NCBI GenBank assembly: GCA_965208675.1
Contig: OZ242351.1
Span: forward strand, 224,001 to 288,000
Source of the DNA: Candidatus Poribacteria bacterium
GTDB taxonomy: Bacteria; Poribacteria; WGA-4E; PCPOR2b
Length of the DNA: 64,000 nt
Reading direction: 5' to 3'
The first letter of the stretch is position 1, and each line of letters begins with the position of its first letter. The notes below the pieces were generated by a model. That model was not told where the DNA came from, searched no databases, and worked only from the letters and a program-made list of their open reading frames with translations. Shown piece by piece: positions 20,763 through 31,157 of this stretch. The translations under genes were made by a program, and so were the position numbers.

Positions 20763-21980
20763 ATGCCTGGTGCAAAGCAAACCTTACTTGACATTTGTAA
20801 ACTGATTGTTGATTGTGAACACAAGACTGCGCCAACTCAGGACACCGGCTATCCTTCGATCAGAACGCCAAATATTGGCAGAGGACGCCTATTACTTGAT
20901 GGGGTTAATCGTGTTTCAGAAGAAACCTATCGTGAATGGTCCAAACGTGCCATACCTCAAGCCGCGGATTTGATATTGGCTCGCGAAGCTCCCATTGGTA
21001 ATGTGGCAATTATCCCTAAAAATCTTAAAGTCTGCCTTGGTCAAAGAACTGTACTCATTAGACCAAATAAGAATAAGGTTTGTCCAATGTTTCTAGTATA
21101 TTTCATGCTTGGGAATGAGATTCAATCACGACTGTTGGGCCCTTCAACTGGAGCGACAGTCAGCCATCTAAACATGAGAGATATTAGAAATCTAGAAATC
21201 CCTAAACTCCCCTCACTCCGCATTCAACGTAAAATCGCCGACATTCTTTCTGGGTACGACGATTTAATCGAAATCAACCAGCAACGGGTTGCTTTGCTGG
21301 AACGGGCCGGGCGAGAGATTTACCGCGAGTGGTTTGTTCGTTTGCGATTCCCCGGTTATGAACGGGCAAAGATTGTCGATGGTGTTCCTGAAGGTTGGGA
21401 ACGTGTCCATCTAAGTAGGCTAGTATCGACTCAATATGGTTACACGGCGTCTGCTAACGAGAAATCTGTTGGTCCAAAATTTCTTCGCGGGACGGACATT
21501 AACAAGCGCTCCTACATAGATTGGGAGGCGGTGCCTTATTGTCCGGAAGATAACCTCAACTTCGAGAATTATGCCCTTAGACAGGGCGATTTACTTGTGA
21601 TTAGGATGGCGGACCCTGGGAAAGTCGCAATCGTCGAAAAGGAGATTAGAGCAATATTTGCATCCTATCTTGTCCGGTTATCGGTTCGAAAAGACGCGTT
21701 GATTGACCCATTGTACCTGTTCTATGTGTTAGCAGGGGCGGAGTATCAAGCGTTTATGCAAGCCGCAAGCACAGGATCAACACGGAAGAGCGCTAGTGCA
21801 AAACTCCTTACAAATTTCAATGTCCTTCGACCGCCAAAAAGTATTCAAGACTGCTTTGTGGATAAGATTCGCCCGATGCGGGAAATGATCGGGATGCTTC
21901 TTGACCAAAATTCAATGGCGGAGACAGCACGCGACCTAATGTTGCCACGCTTGATGTCTGGTCAGTTGATAGTGTGCTGA
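20763..21980 (+). CDS. hsdS: type I R-M specificity subunit HsdS
   Basis: Two TRDs separated by P.L.IQRKIADILSGYDDLIEIN…LE…REWFVRLRFPG; ends RDLMLPRLMSGQL. Confidence 0.93.
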   Translation: MPGAKQTLLDICKLIVDCEHKTAPTQDTGYPSIRTPNIGRGRLLLDGVNRVSEETYREWSKRAIPQAADLILAREAPIGNVAIIPKNLKVCLGQRTVLIRPNKNKVCPMFLVYFMLGNEIQSRLLGPSTGATVSHLNMRDIRNLEIPKLPSLRIQRKIADILSGYDDLIEINQQRVALLERAGREIYREWFVRLRFPGYERAKIVDGVPEGWERVHLSRLVSTQYGYTASANEKSVGPKFLRGTDINKRSYIDWEAVPYCPEDNLNFENYALRQGDLLVIRMADPGKVAIVEKEIRAIFASYLVRLSVRKDALIDPLYLFYVLAGAEYQAFMQAASTGSTRKSASAKLLTNFNVLRPPKSIQDCFVDKIRPMREMIGMLLDQNSMAETARDLMLPRLMSGQLIVC

Positions 21981-22120
21981 CACTTCACGAAGTGAGCCTC
22001 CCCATGTGCAGCTCTACGAACGTTGGACTCAAAAGGGATTGATTTAAGCGTAAAAGCAGAAGGCGCAGCCGATTACAACCGTCCGAAATGGGAGGTATAG
22101 TCAACCCCCCAAATTTTTTT

Positions 22121-25100
22121 ATGCCCATGAACATTTCATCTTCCTATACGGAAGACAACCTCGTTCAACTGCCTACTGCCGACTATTTGGAAGACGAGTT
22201 CGGTTGGGAATCAGTCTATGCTTACAACACCGAGACCTTTGGTCCGGAAGGGACGCTTGGACGCGTGGACGAGACCGAAGTCGTTTTGACTCGTTATCTC
22301 CGGAAAGCGCTCGAAACTTTCAATCCCAATCTTCCGTCCGAAGCGTACCAAAATGCTATTCGCGAAATCATCGAAGTAAGCTCGGCAGAGTCAACTTTGC
22401 AGACTAACCATGAAAAATACAATCTCCTACGTAACGGCGTGAAAGTGTCTTATCGGGATTCACGCAATAACATACAAACTCGGACATTGCGAGTCTTTGA
22501 TTTCGACGACGCAGAGAATAATCACTTCCTCGCTGTGCGGGAGTTGTGGATTATGGGTCCGCTGTATCGCCGCCGCGCCGATATTGTCGGTTTCGTCAAT
22601 GGGGTCCCATTGCTGTTCATGGAACTCAAAAACGTCTACCGCAACATCCGCCGTGCGTATGACGAAAACCTCGCAGACTATAAAGATACCATAGCCCACA
22701 TCTTTCATCACAACGCCTTCGTCGTTTTGGGCAATGGTGTCGACGCACGGATTGGCAGTTTCTCGGCATCGTTTGAGCTATTCCGTGAATGGAAACGTCT
22801 TGATGAAGACGACCCCGGCGTCGTAAATATGGAGACGCTTCTCAAGGGCGTTTGCACTAAATCTAACTTCCTTGATCTTTTCGAGAATTTCATTCTATTT
22901 GATGATAGCGGGGGCGAACAAATCAAGGTTGTTGCTCAGAATCAACAATATCTAGGCGTCAATCGTGCCATCGGTTCACTTGAGGACCGACTTGGAATTG
23001 GTGGAAAACTTGGTGTCTTTTGGCGCACGCAAGGCGCTGGAAAGTCCTATTCAATGGTGTTCTTTAGTCGGAAAGTGCACCGAAAACTCGGCGGTAACTT
23101 CACGTTTTTAGTGCTGTGTGACCGCGACGATCTAGACACCCAGATTTACCGAACCTATGCCGGTTGTAGGCTAGTTGGTGAAAACGAGGAAATAAGGCCA
23201 AAAACTGGTAAACACCTGAAGCGATTACTTGGCGAACATAAAGCTTACGTGTTCTCGCTCATCCAGAAATTCAACCAAGATGTTCTGCCCGGCGAACCGT
23301 ACTCTGACCGGAAGGACATCATCGTCATCGTCGACGAGGCTCACCGTACACAATACGGCAGCTTGGCGGTGAACTTACGCAACGCACTCCCGAACGCCCT
23401 TTACATTGCATTCACCGGCACTCCGCTAATGAAGGATAACGAGATAACTCGTCAGGTCTTCGGCGACTACATTTCCCGATACGGGTTCCAACGGGCGGTC
23501 GAGGATGGCGCAACGGTGCCGCTCTACTACGACGCCCGCGGCGAAAAATTATGCGTCGCAACGGACGACCTTAATGAGAAGATTGCCGAAAAATTGGAGG
23601 AACTTGAACTTTCTGATGTTGATGTTGAACAGCGCCTAGAACAGGAACTCAAACGCGAATACCATCTTATCACTGCCCCTGAGAGGCTTGACGCCATAGC
23701 GAAGGATTTTGTAAAGCATTATTGCGCGGCGTGGGGCAGCGGTAAGGCCATGTTCATTACGATTGATAAAATCACCGCTGTGAAGATGCACGCGTTAATC
23801 ACAAAATATTGGCAGGAACGTATTGCCGAACTGGAAACCGCGGTTTCTGATTCGACCTACGATCACGAAGACTCTTCGCTGAATGACCAGTGTGACTGGA
23901 TGAAAGCGACACAGATTGCTGTCGTTATTAGCGAGGCACAGGGAGAAGTCCAAACGTTCCGAAAGTGGGACATTGACATAATTAAGCACCGAAAGCGGAT
24001 TAAGGACGGCTTTGAAACGCCGGACGGTCAGCGAATTGATGTTGAATCCGCTTTCAAGAAGGACAACCATCCTTTTCGAGTCGCTATTGTTTGCGCCATG
24101 TGGCTCACCGGTTTTGACGTCAAGAGTCTTACGACGCTCTATCTCGACAAACCGCTAAAAGCACACACGCTAATGCAAGCCATCGCACGGGCAAATCGTG
24201 TGCATGTAGGAAAAAATAACGGTCTCATTGTGGACTATTGCGGCATTTTGAAAAACCTCCGCAGTGCACTGGCGACATTCGCGGGACACACCGGATCTAA
24301 AGACTATGAGGAGTCCGTCCTACCTGCAAAACCTCACGAAGACTTGCTTGAGGAACTTCGCGAAGCTATTGAAATGGTACGCGCTTTCCTAGCTGAGAAA
24401 GGATTCCGACTCGAGGATATCATTGAGAAAGTCGGTTTTGAGCGAAATGCAGCAATAATCGCTGCCAAGGAAATAATCAACGAAACTGACGAAACTAGGA
24501 AACATTTCGAAATTATGGCGCGCGAAGTGTTTCGAAAGTTCAAAGCCTGTATAACCTTGCCGGGAATAAACAACTTTCGAAGTGACTATGATGCGATTAA
24601 CATCGTGTACAAGAGTCTTGCAGACGATCGTGACAAAGCTGACATCGCGCACATCATACAGGAACTACATGGGATCATTGGTGAAAACATCGAAGTCACC
24701 GAGTCCGAAGATTTAGCAGAAGGTTATAAAATTTATGATATTTCAGCCATTGATTTTGAGTTACTACGCCGGGAATTCGCGGATAGTCCGACAAAGAACA
24801 CTTTGGTGCAGAATCTGAAAGTTGCTATAGAGAAACGGCTCGCAGTAATGGTGGCGCAGAACCCTCTTAGGACAGATTTTCAAGAGCATTATGAAACACT
24901 CGTCGCGGAATACAACAAAGAAAAAGATCGTGTGACAATCGAACAGACTTTTGAGGCGTTGCTAAAACTGGTCGCAGATTTGGACGAGGAGCAGAAACGT
25001 GCAATCCGTGTGGGGCTTGACGAAGAGACGCTTGCGCTATTCGATTTACTGAAGAAGGAGAATCTGACGCCCAATGAAATTAAACGCATTAAGGTAGTAG

Positions 25101-25330
25101 CCATTGACCTTCACGCAAAACTCAACGCAGAAATAGAACGTATCCGGGACTGGGAAAGTAAATTCGCAACACGAGACGCGATGAAGCAAACCATCTATGA
25201 CTTTCTCTACAGAGATGAGACGGGACTACCTGAATCCTATTCTAACGCCGAGATTTCACAGAAGTCAGAGGTAGTATATCTACATCTTTTGCACCAATGT
25301 CAACACACGGCAGCGCTTTCTGCAAGATGA
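22121..25330 (+). CDS. hsdR: type I R-M restriction subunit HsdR
   Basis: RRADIVGFVNGVPLLFMELK nuclease motif; TQGAGKS, DEAHR, FTGTP, MWLTGFD, QAIARANR helicase motifs. Confidence 0.95.
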   Translation: MPMNISSSYTEDNLVQLPTADYLEDEFGWESVYAYNTETFGPEGTLGRVDETEVVLTRYLRKALETFNPNLPSEAYQNAIREIIEVSSAESTLQTNHEKYNLLRNGVKVSYRDSRNNIQTRTLRVFDFDDAENNHFLAVRELWIMGPLYRRRADIVGFVNGVPLLFMELKNVYRNIRRAYDENLADYKDTIAHIFHHNAFVVLGNGVDARIGSFSASFELFREWKRLDEDDPGVVNMETLLKGVCTKSNFLDLFENFILFDDSGGEQIKVVAQNQQYLGVNRAIGSLEDRLGIGGKLGVFWRTQGAGKSYSMVFFSRKVHRKLGGNFTFLVLCDRDDLDTQIYRTYAGCRLVGENEEIRPKTGKHLKRLLGEHKAYVFSLIQKFNQDVLPGEPYSDRKDIIVIVDEAHRTQYGSLAVNLRNALPNALYIAFTGTPLMKDNEITRQVFGDYISRYGFQRAVEDGATVPLYYDARGEKLCVATDDLNEKIAEKLEELELSDVDVEQRLEQELKREYHLITAPERLDAIAKDFVKHYCAAWGSGKAMFITIDKITAVKMHALITKYWQERIAELETAVSDSTYDHEDSSLNDQCDWMKATQIAVVISEAQGEVQTFRKWDIDIIKHRKRIKDGFETPDGQRIDVESAFKKDNHPFRVAIVCAMWLTGFDVKSLTTLYLDKPLKAHTLMQAIARANRVHVGKNNGLIVDYCGILKNLRSALATFAGHTGSKDYEESVLPAKPHEDLLEELREAIEMVRAFLAEKGFRLEDIIEKVGFERNAAIIAAKEIINETDETRKHFEIMAREVFRKFKACITLPGINNFRSDYDAINIVYKSLADDRDKADIAHIIQELHGIIGENIEVTESEDLAEGYKIYDISAIDFELLRREFADSPTKNTLVQNLKVAIEKRLAVMVAQNPLRTDFQEHYETLVAEYNKEKDRVTIEQTFEALLKLVADLDEEQKRAIRVGLDEETLALFDLLKKENLTPNEIKRIKVVAIDLHAKLNAEIERIRDWESKFATRDAMKQTIYDFLYRDETGLPESYSNAEISQKSEVVYLHLLHQCQHTAALSAR

Positions 25331-25452
25331 AAGCCCATACACCAAACTAACGGCGTCATCTTCCAATTAGATTCCTTTGGGTAGCATTCTCCGACGCTGC
25401 TGAATAGAAAGATGATTATGTATTTGGTCAATACGATTAATTTAGAGATAAC

Positions 25453-27204
25453 ATGACCCAACATACCCACGATATTAGTGTTACCAGAATAGAAGCGGAT
25501 GACTTCGCCCGTCGCTGGTCGTTGCGTAAACAAAAGCTAATGTGGTTTCTCGGAGCAGGCGCATCGGCCTCTGCCGGCGTTCCTACAGCCATTGACATGG
25601 TGTGGGATTTCAAGCAGGAATTGTACGTTAGTCAGCAGAAGGTTTCACGTCAAGCTGTAGCCGACCTTTCAAATCCATCAGTGCGTAGGATACTGCAGTC
25701 CCACATCAAATCCATGGAAAACATGCCCGAGTCCGGAGCTACGGATGAGTATGCAGCGCTCTTTGAAAAGGTGTATCCATCGGAAGCCGATCGTAGTACC
25801 TATATCAAAGCCTTCATAGATGGAGCAAAACCATCATACGGACACTTGGCGCTGGCTACCCTGATGCGTGAAAGGCTTATCCGCCTTGTGTGGACGACAA
25901 ACTTCGATCGTCTCTTGGAGGATGCCTGTGCTAGGATCTATGAAACTACAGGTTCATTAACTACCGTGGACCTAGATTCACCCCACAAAGCAAAGCAAGT
26001 TATTGATGATGAGCAGTGGCCAATTGAAATCAAACTTCATGGCGATTTCCATTCGCGACGCCTTAAGAACACACCGAATGAACTTCGTCAGCAGGACACA
26101 CATCTGCGAAAAATGCTCGTTGATTCATGCCAGCGATATGGACTTGTCGTAGTTGGTTTTAGCGGTCGTGATGATTCAGTTATGGATGCTCTCGATGAAG
26201 CCGTGAAACTTTCAGGCTCCTATCCGCATGGATTATTCTGGTTGCATCGTGGGGAAACGCCGCCACCCCGTGTATGTGAACTGTTAAGTCAAGCGCACAA
26301 AAATGGGATTGAAGCGGGGATGGTGCAAATCGAGAACTTCGATGAAATACTGCGCGATTTAGTCCGACTTTTAGAGGACATTGATACCATTAAACTGGAT
26401 GAGTTTGCTACGGAACAACGATGGTGGACCGGTGCGCCCCGTCCCGTTGGCAAAAAAGCGTGGCCAATTGTGCGGCTCAATGGGTTACGTGTTACAGAAG
26501 TACCGAGTGTATGCAGGCGCATAGTATGTGAGATTGGCGGGATTTCAGACGTGCGGGCGGCTGTCGAAAAGGCTGGCGCTAACGTAATCGCTACTCGTAC
26601 CCATGCGGGCGTCCTAGCTTTCGGTGTAGACAGTGAGGTCTGTACGACTTTCGATGCCTTCGGCATCACTGAATTCGATCTTTATACACTCGAAACCAAG
26701 CGGCAGAGATTTGACTCCATTGAACGAGGTCTTCTTCGAGAAGCATTGACCGCTGCGATTGTTCGCCAAGGTAGATTGGAGGTTGTAGGTCGCCGACGCG
26801 GCACCGATTTGTTGGCACCCGCCAATCCGGGAGCGGACATATGGCGACGATTGATAAAGCTAGTGGGAGCTATCGCAGGTAGGGTTCACAACTGTCCAGA
26901 GCTACAATGGAGAGAAGGCATCAGCATTCGTCTTGATTGGGCAAACGATAATCTGTGGCTTTTAATTGAACCGCGTGTTGTGTTCGATGGGATGGCACAA
27001 GAACACAAGATTGCCGCGGCGGCCTTTGCTCGCGCACGTACTGTAAAACGCTATAACAAGAAACTCAACGACCTTATCGACTTTTGGGCACAATGCGTGC
27101 TAGACCATGGAGACAAACTCCGAGCGCTCGACATCGGTGACGGAGTCGATGCTGTCTATCGTCTTTCACGACACACCGCCTTTTCATGGAGATCAAATGC
27201 ATGA
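25453..27204 (+). CDS. SIR2-APAZ NADase effector of a short prokaryotic Argonaute system (SPARSA)
   Basis: FLGAGAS, WTTNFD, KLHGDF, VGFSGRD sirtuin motifs; C-terminal APAZ-like region (…LWLLIEP…R.VKRYNKKLNDLIDFW); ATGA overlap with the Ago gene. Confidence 0.9.
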   Translation: MTQHTHDISVTRIEADDFARRWSLRKQKLMWFLGAGASASAGVPTAIDMVWDFKQELYVSQQKVSRQAVADLSNPSVRRILQSHIKSMENMPESGATDEYAALFEKVYPSEADRSTYIKAFIDGAKPSYGHLALATLMRERLIRLVWTTNFDRLLEDACARIYETTGSLTTVDLDSPHKAKQVIDDEQWPIEIKLHGDFHSRRLKNTPNELRQQDTHLRKMLVDSCQRYGLVVVGFSGRDDSVMDALDEAVKLSGSYPHGLFWLHRGETPPPRVCELLSQAHKNGIEAGMVQIENFDEILRDLVRLLEDIDTIKLDEFATEQRWWTGAPRPVGKKAWPIVRLNGLRVTEVPSVCRRIVCEIGGISDVRAAVEKAGANVIATRTHAGVLAFGVDSEVCTTFDAFGITEFDLYTLETKRQRFDSIERGLLREALTAAIVRQGRLEVVGRRRGTDLLAPANPGADIWRRLIKLVGAIAGRVHNCPELQWREGISIRLDWANDNLWLLIEPRVVFDGMAQEHKIAAAAFARARTVKRYNKKLNDLIDFWAQCVLDHGDKLRALDIGDGVDAVYRLSRHTAFSWRSNA

Positions 27205-28634
27205 ACAGTCAAAGCGAAATCGCAATGCATTTTTATTTTCCGGAACCAAAACTCGCATTTCACCCGGACCGCACCGCGGATTCCGGTCTTCACCCGTTGC
27301 GCGGATTGTTGCAGTTTAGTCCTTATTCCACCGATTGGGTGCCCGACCCGGTACGAGTGGCTACGGTTGTACCTTTCGGCGACAGTGACCGCCTTTTCAA
27401 ATTTATGAAGCGACTTCACACCCCGTATAAACCAAACGAGCGTTCAGATTACCTTCCTGAATGGCCCGGTTTTCACAGAGTGTTTGGACTGCATCTACGC
27501 GCGGCAAATAGCCATTGCCACATTACGCTTGATGCCAACCTTCAAACTGACTTTGATAAATCGCGCAACCCGCACTCAGTATTGACCGAACACCTTGTAC
27601 GTGCCATACAGCGTTTACAAGCACACCGGAATGAGTTTGATGTCATTGTTATTTACATCCCCGAACGATGGGCTCCCGGCTATACCGGCGGCGTATCCGA
27701 TGAAGACTTCGATCTTCACGATCACCTGAAGGCAACGACTGCGACGCTCGGGTTACCAATTCAACTAATAAAGGAGGACGGCGCGGTCAATTATCACTGT
27801 CAAGCAAGTGTAATGTGGCATCTCGGTTTGGCACTGTACGTAAAAGCCGGTGGGGTCCCATGGAAATTGGCGGAGTTCGATCCCGAGATGGCCTACATAG
27901 GTATTTCATATGCGGTTCGTCCTGTAGAGTCCGATAAACCGCGGTTCGTCACATGCTGCAGTCAGGTGTTTGATGCCGAGGGGTCAGGTCTAGAGTTTGT
28001 CGCTTACGACGCCCGTGAAGTTGAAATTCAACAAGACAACCCTTTCCTGTCACGCAACGAGATGTTTCGCGTAATGACTCGTTCACTTGACCTTTATCGT
28101 CGTCGCCACGCCGGAAACTCGCCGCGTCGAGTAATGGTACATAAGAACTCACAGTTTAAACGTGCAGAAATCGAAGGGGCTATGGAAGCGTTTCATCTAT
28201 GCGAATCAGTTGACCTCGTGCAAGTCGTTGAAGGTGTGAATTGGAGAGGCGTACGCATTGATCGGGCTAACGATAGTTCCCAAAAGGGATTTCCTGCGCC
28301 GTATCCCGTTTTCCGAGGCACACTGATTCCCCTTGGACCACGGGATGCGTTACTATGGACTCATGGCGACGTACGCAATATTAGCCGAAAAGGTTCCTAT
28401 TTCAAGGGCGCAAGTGGCACTCCTTATCCATTAAAACTTGTTCGACATGCAGGCCATGGTTCTTGGGACGACACAGCGCGCGCAGTTTTGGGACTATCCA
28501 AAATGAACTGGAACAACGATTCACTCTACGACTCGTTGCCAGTTACCATGCGCTATGCAAAAGTACTCGCCCGCGTGGTAAAGCGAATGCCAAGTCTCAG
28601 GCGGACACCGTATCAATTCCGATTCTTCATGTAA
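27201..28634 (+). CDS. short prokaryotic Argonaute (MID-PIWI, catalytically inactive)
   Basis: EPKLAF…HPLRGLLQFSPY start; FDLHDHLK and ALYVKAGGVPW MID motifs; YIGISY and VHK instead of the DEDX tetrad; LSKMNWN…LPVT; ends YQFRFFM. Confidence 0.95.
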   Translation: MNSQSEIAMHFYFPEPKLAFHPDRTADSGLHPLRGLLQFSPYSTDWVPDPVRVATVVPFGDSDRLFKFMKRLHTPYKPNERSDYLPEWPGFHRVFGLHLRAANSHCHITLDANLQTDFDKSRNPHSVLTEHLVRAIQRLQAHRNEFDVIVIYIPERWAPGYTGGVSDEDFDLHDHLKATTATLGLPIQLIKEDGAVNYHCQASVMWHLGLALYVKAGGVPWKLAEFDPEMAYIGISYAVRPVESDKPRFVTCCSQVFDAEGSGLEFVAYDAREVEIQQDNPFLSRNEMFRVMTRSLDLYRRRHAGNSPRRVMVHKNSQFKRAEIEGAMEAFHLCESVDLVQVVEGVNWRGVRIDRANDSSQKGFPAPYPVFRGTLIPLGPRDALLWTHGDVRNISRKGSYFKGASGTPYPLKLVRHAGHGSWDDTARAVLGLSKMNWNNDSLYDSLPVTMRYAKVLARVVKRMPSLRRTPYQFRFFM

Positions 28635-28723
28635 GATTTTGTGTTGGCGATGGTAAAGGTTTCGATCGTAAAGACGTACAGATGTTACGGCTAAATTAGA
28701 CCTTTGAGACCATCGCATACCGT

Positions 28724-28752
28724 TTGAATTTCCTTCGCGAATCTGGTAAAAT
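28724..28752 (+). promoter_or_regulatory. sigma70-type promoter upstream of the membrane protein gene
   Basis: TTGAAT-17bp-TAAAAT with TG extension. Confidence 0.5.
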
Positions 28753-28873
28753 CGGATCATACACCATTCAGTGACGAGATAGTACCGAGAACGGATTCAA
28801 GTGCAGTAATGGCATTGAGTAGATTAAACTTAGTAGTTGTTGCATCAACATTGGTTAAGAATGTAAGGGCGGA

Positions 28874-31135
28874 ATGGTTATGCACGGGACAGCGCAAAAA
28901 AACCCTCGATTTTCAGATAAACAATTCGCAATAACACTCTCGGCAATTTTCTTGGTTGCCGGTGCAGTCGTCGCATGGAATCATGAGATGTGGCGGGATG
29001 AGATGCAAGCCTGGTTGATTGCGCGGGATGCGCCGTCCGTGTTTGAGCTTTTCAATATTCTAAAAAGATATGAAGGGCATCCCAGCGTATGGCACCTCGG
29101 GCTTTATGTGCTCCAGTTCTTCACCAGCTCGCCGATAATTATGCAGCCCTACCATCTGCTGATCGCCGCAACGACAATCTTTGTGTTTGCGAGGTACTCA
29201 CCCTTCACGCGCCTGCAAAAGACACTCTTCGCGTTCGGCTATTTTCCCTTCTATGAGTACGCCATCATCTGTAGAAATTACGCAATCGGCATATTGCTGC
29301 TGTGTCTCTTCTGCACACTCTTCACCCGCTGGAAGAAAAAATTTCCGCTTGTCGCCTTAATTCTTTTTGTGCTCGCGCACACGAGCGTTCACGCCCTGAT
29401 CATCGTCATATCCATCGCGCTGCTCTTATTCTTGGAATTACTCGTTAACTCGGACCGTCCGAATCGATTGCACATCGGCATCGGCTTTGCATTGATTCTT
29501 ACTGGAATTATCACCGCCATCTACCAGATCGCGCCTGCAGCGGACCAAGGCACGCGCCCCGGATGGACGACCAATTTCGACTTGCATCACCTGCAGAACA
29601 CCGTAAATTTAATTCCAAGGGCTTTTTTCGCTATACCCCGCTCTATGATGCATTTTTGGAACACCAATTTTTTAGATCCAATCCCTTCATCGGCGCAGGT
29701 AAAACTTGTCCTGACGGCGCTCACCCTGCTTTACGTCACTATTTTGTTGCTCCGAAAGCCGACGGTGCTGATGATGTATCTTTGCGGGACGACCGGACTG
29801 TTGGCGTTCTTTTATGCCAAATATTTCGGCTCGGTGCGGCATCACGGCTTCCTTTTTATGCTGTTCATCGCTGCCGTATGGATATCGCATTATAGCTACG
29901 AATCCAAAAGGCTGCCGAGTGCATTGAAGACGACCAGTTGGGGGTTGGCGAAGGCGTTCAATATTATATTCGTGTGCATCCTCATCGTTCATTGCGTTGG
30001 CGGCGTTACTGCAGCCAGGCTTGAGTTAATCTATCCCTTCTCCAACGGCAAGGCTGTCGCCGAATTCATCATAGATGAAGAGCTGGATGACATGTTAATC
30101 GCGGGCGTCGCTCCGGACGATCTGACACTGGAAGTTCTCGGATATCTGGAGAAGGACGAGTTTTACTATCCCCGCAGCGAGCGGTTTGGTTCTTTTGGCG
30201 TCTGGGACATGGCATGGCGGAACGGGAGAAGCCTGCAAATCGGCGATGTGTTGCGAAGAGTTCAGCAGTTAGCGGATGAAAGGAGAGAGGATATCTTACT
30301 CGTCTCGGCGCGTCCGTTGCCCGAAGACATGCAGCGCAGTATTCCGAAAGTTGCGGCGCCCGTGGATATTGGTAGAGCTGAAGCATCCCACTATTTCGTA
30401 GGAGCCATAGATGAAGTCTTCATCGCACAACGGGTGCTCTCACAGGAGGAAATCGACGCCCACTATAACGGGGGTATAGCCGCCATTGGAGCGGCAAAAC
30501 CGGAGGTCATTCTGGCGATGCCATTTGAAGAAGGCGAGGGGGCAGTAACCAAAGACCACTCGCCGCACGGCAATCGCGGCGCACTGCATGGAGGTGCGAA
30601 CTGGAGCAAAGGCAAGTTTGGCGGCGCACTCACCTTGGATGGGACCGCTTGGGTGGAAATCGGAAACAACCCGCAGCTAGAGTTAAATCACACAGATTTT
30701 ACGATTGCGCTGTGGGCGTACTTTGCGTCGAATGGCGTGCACGGACTAATCGGAAAGTCTGAAGGCCCCGGTGAACGGAATAAATGGTGGCTCATGAACC
30801 GGCCTTCGGCGTCGCCGGGCGGCGAGATTTCGTTTCACCTCAATTGGCCCCACAGGACGGGACTCTGGATTGGAACACCCCGGCGTGGCGAGATTAACCG
30901 ATGGCATCAGATTGTGCTCGTCAAGAGCGGTAACAAGTACAACTTCTATGTCGATGGTCAACTGATTGCCGCTGTTCCGGACCCCTTGGTACATATGCCG
31001 CCTCCGGGATATAAACTCACGCAAATCAAACGGTTCGCCCCAGCGGTAATCGGCGGTGAGGTGCCGCAATACTGCGTGTACCGATTGTCGTTACCCGCTA
31101 GACCAGAGAATCAAAAGGTAGGCGAGGGCGAATAA
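28874..31135 (+). CDS. multi-pass membrane protein (GT-C glycosyltransferase-like) with inserted LamG domain
   Basis: HEMWRDEMQAWLIARD…YEGHP…EYAIICRNY; about 11-12 hydrophobic segments; LamG motifs in the C-terminal part. Confidence 0.75.
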   Translation: MVMHGTAQKNPRFSDKQFAITLSAIFLVAGAVVAWNHEMWRDEMQAWLIARDAPSVFELFNILKRYEGHPSVWHLGLYVLQFFTSSPIIMQPYHLLIAATTIFVFARYSPFTRLQKTLFAFGYFPFYEYAIICRNYAIGILLLCLFCTLFTRWKKKFPLVALILFVLAHTSVHALIIVISIALLLFLELLVNSDRPNRLHIGIGFALILTGIITAIYQIAPAADQGTRPGWTTNFDLHHLQNTVNLIPRAFFAIPRSMMHFWNTNFLDPIPSSAQVKLVLTALTLLYVTILLLRKPTVLMMYLCGTTGLLAFFYAKYFGSVRHHGFLFMLFIAAVWISHYSYESKRLPSALKTTSWGLAKAFNIIFVCILIVHCVGGVTAARLELIYPFSNGKAVAEFIIDEELDDMLIAGVAPDDLTLEVLGYLEKDEFYYPRSERFGSFGVWDMAWRNGRSLQIGDVLRRVQQLADERREDILLVSARPLPEDMQRSIPKVAAPVDIGRAEASHYFVGAIDEVFIAQRVLSQEEIDAHYNGGIAAIGAAKPEVILAMPFEEGEGAVTKDHSPHGNRGALHGGANWSKGKFGGALTLDGTAWVEIGNNPQLELNHTDFTIALWAYFASNGVHGLIGKSEGPGERNKWWLMNRPSASPGGEISFHLNWPHRTGLWIGTPRRGEINRWHQIVLVKSGNKYNFYVDGQLIAAVPDPLVHMPPPGYKLTQIKRFAPAVIGGEVPQYCVYRLSLPARPENQKVGEGE

Positions 31136-31157
31136 TTGAATCGGAAGAAGGGAGTTT

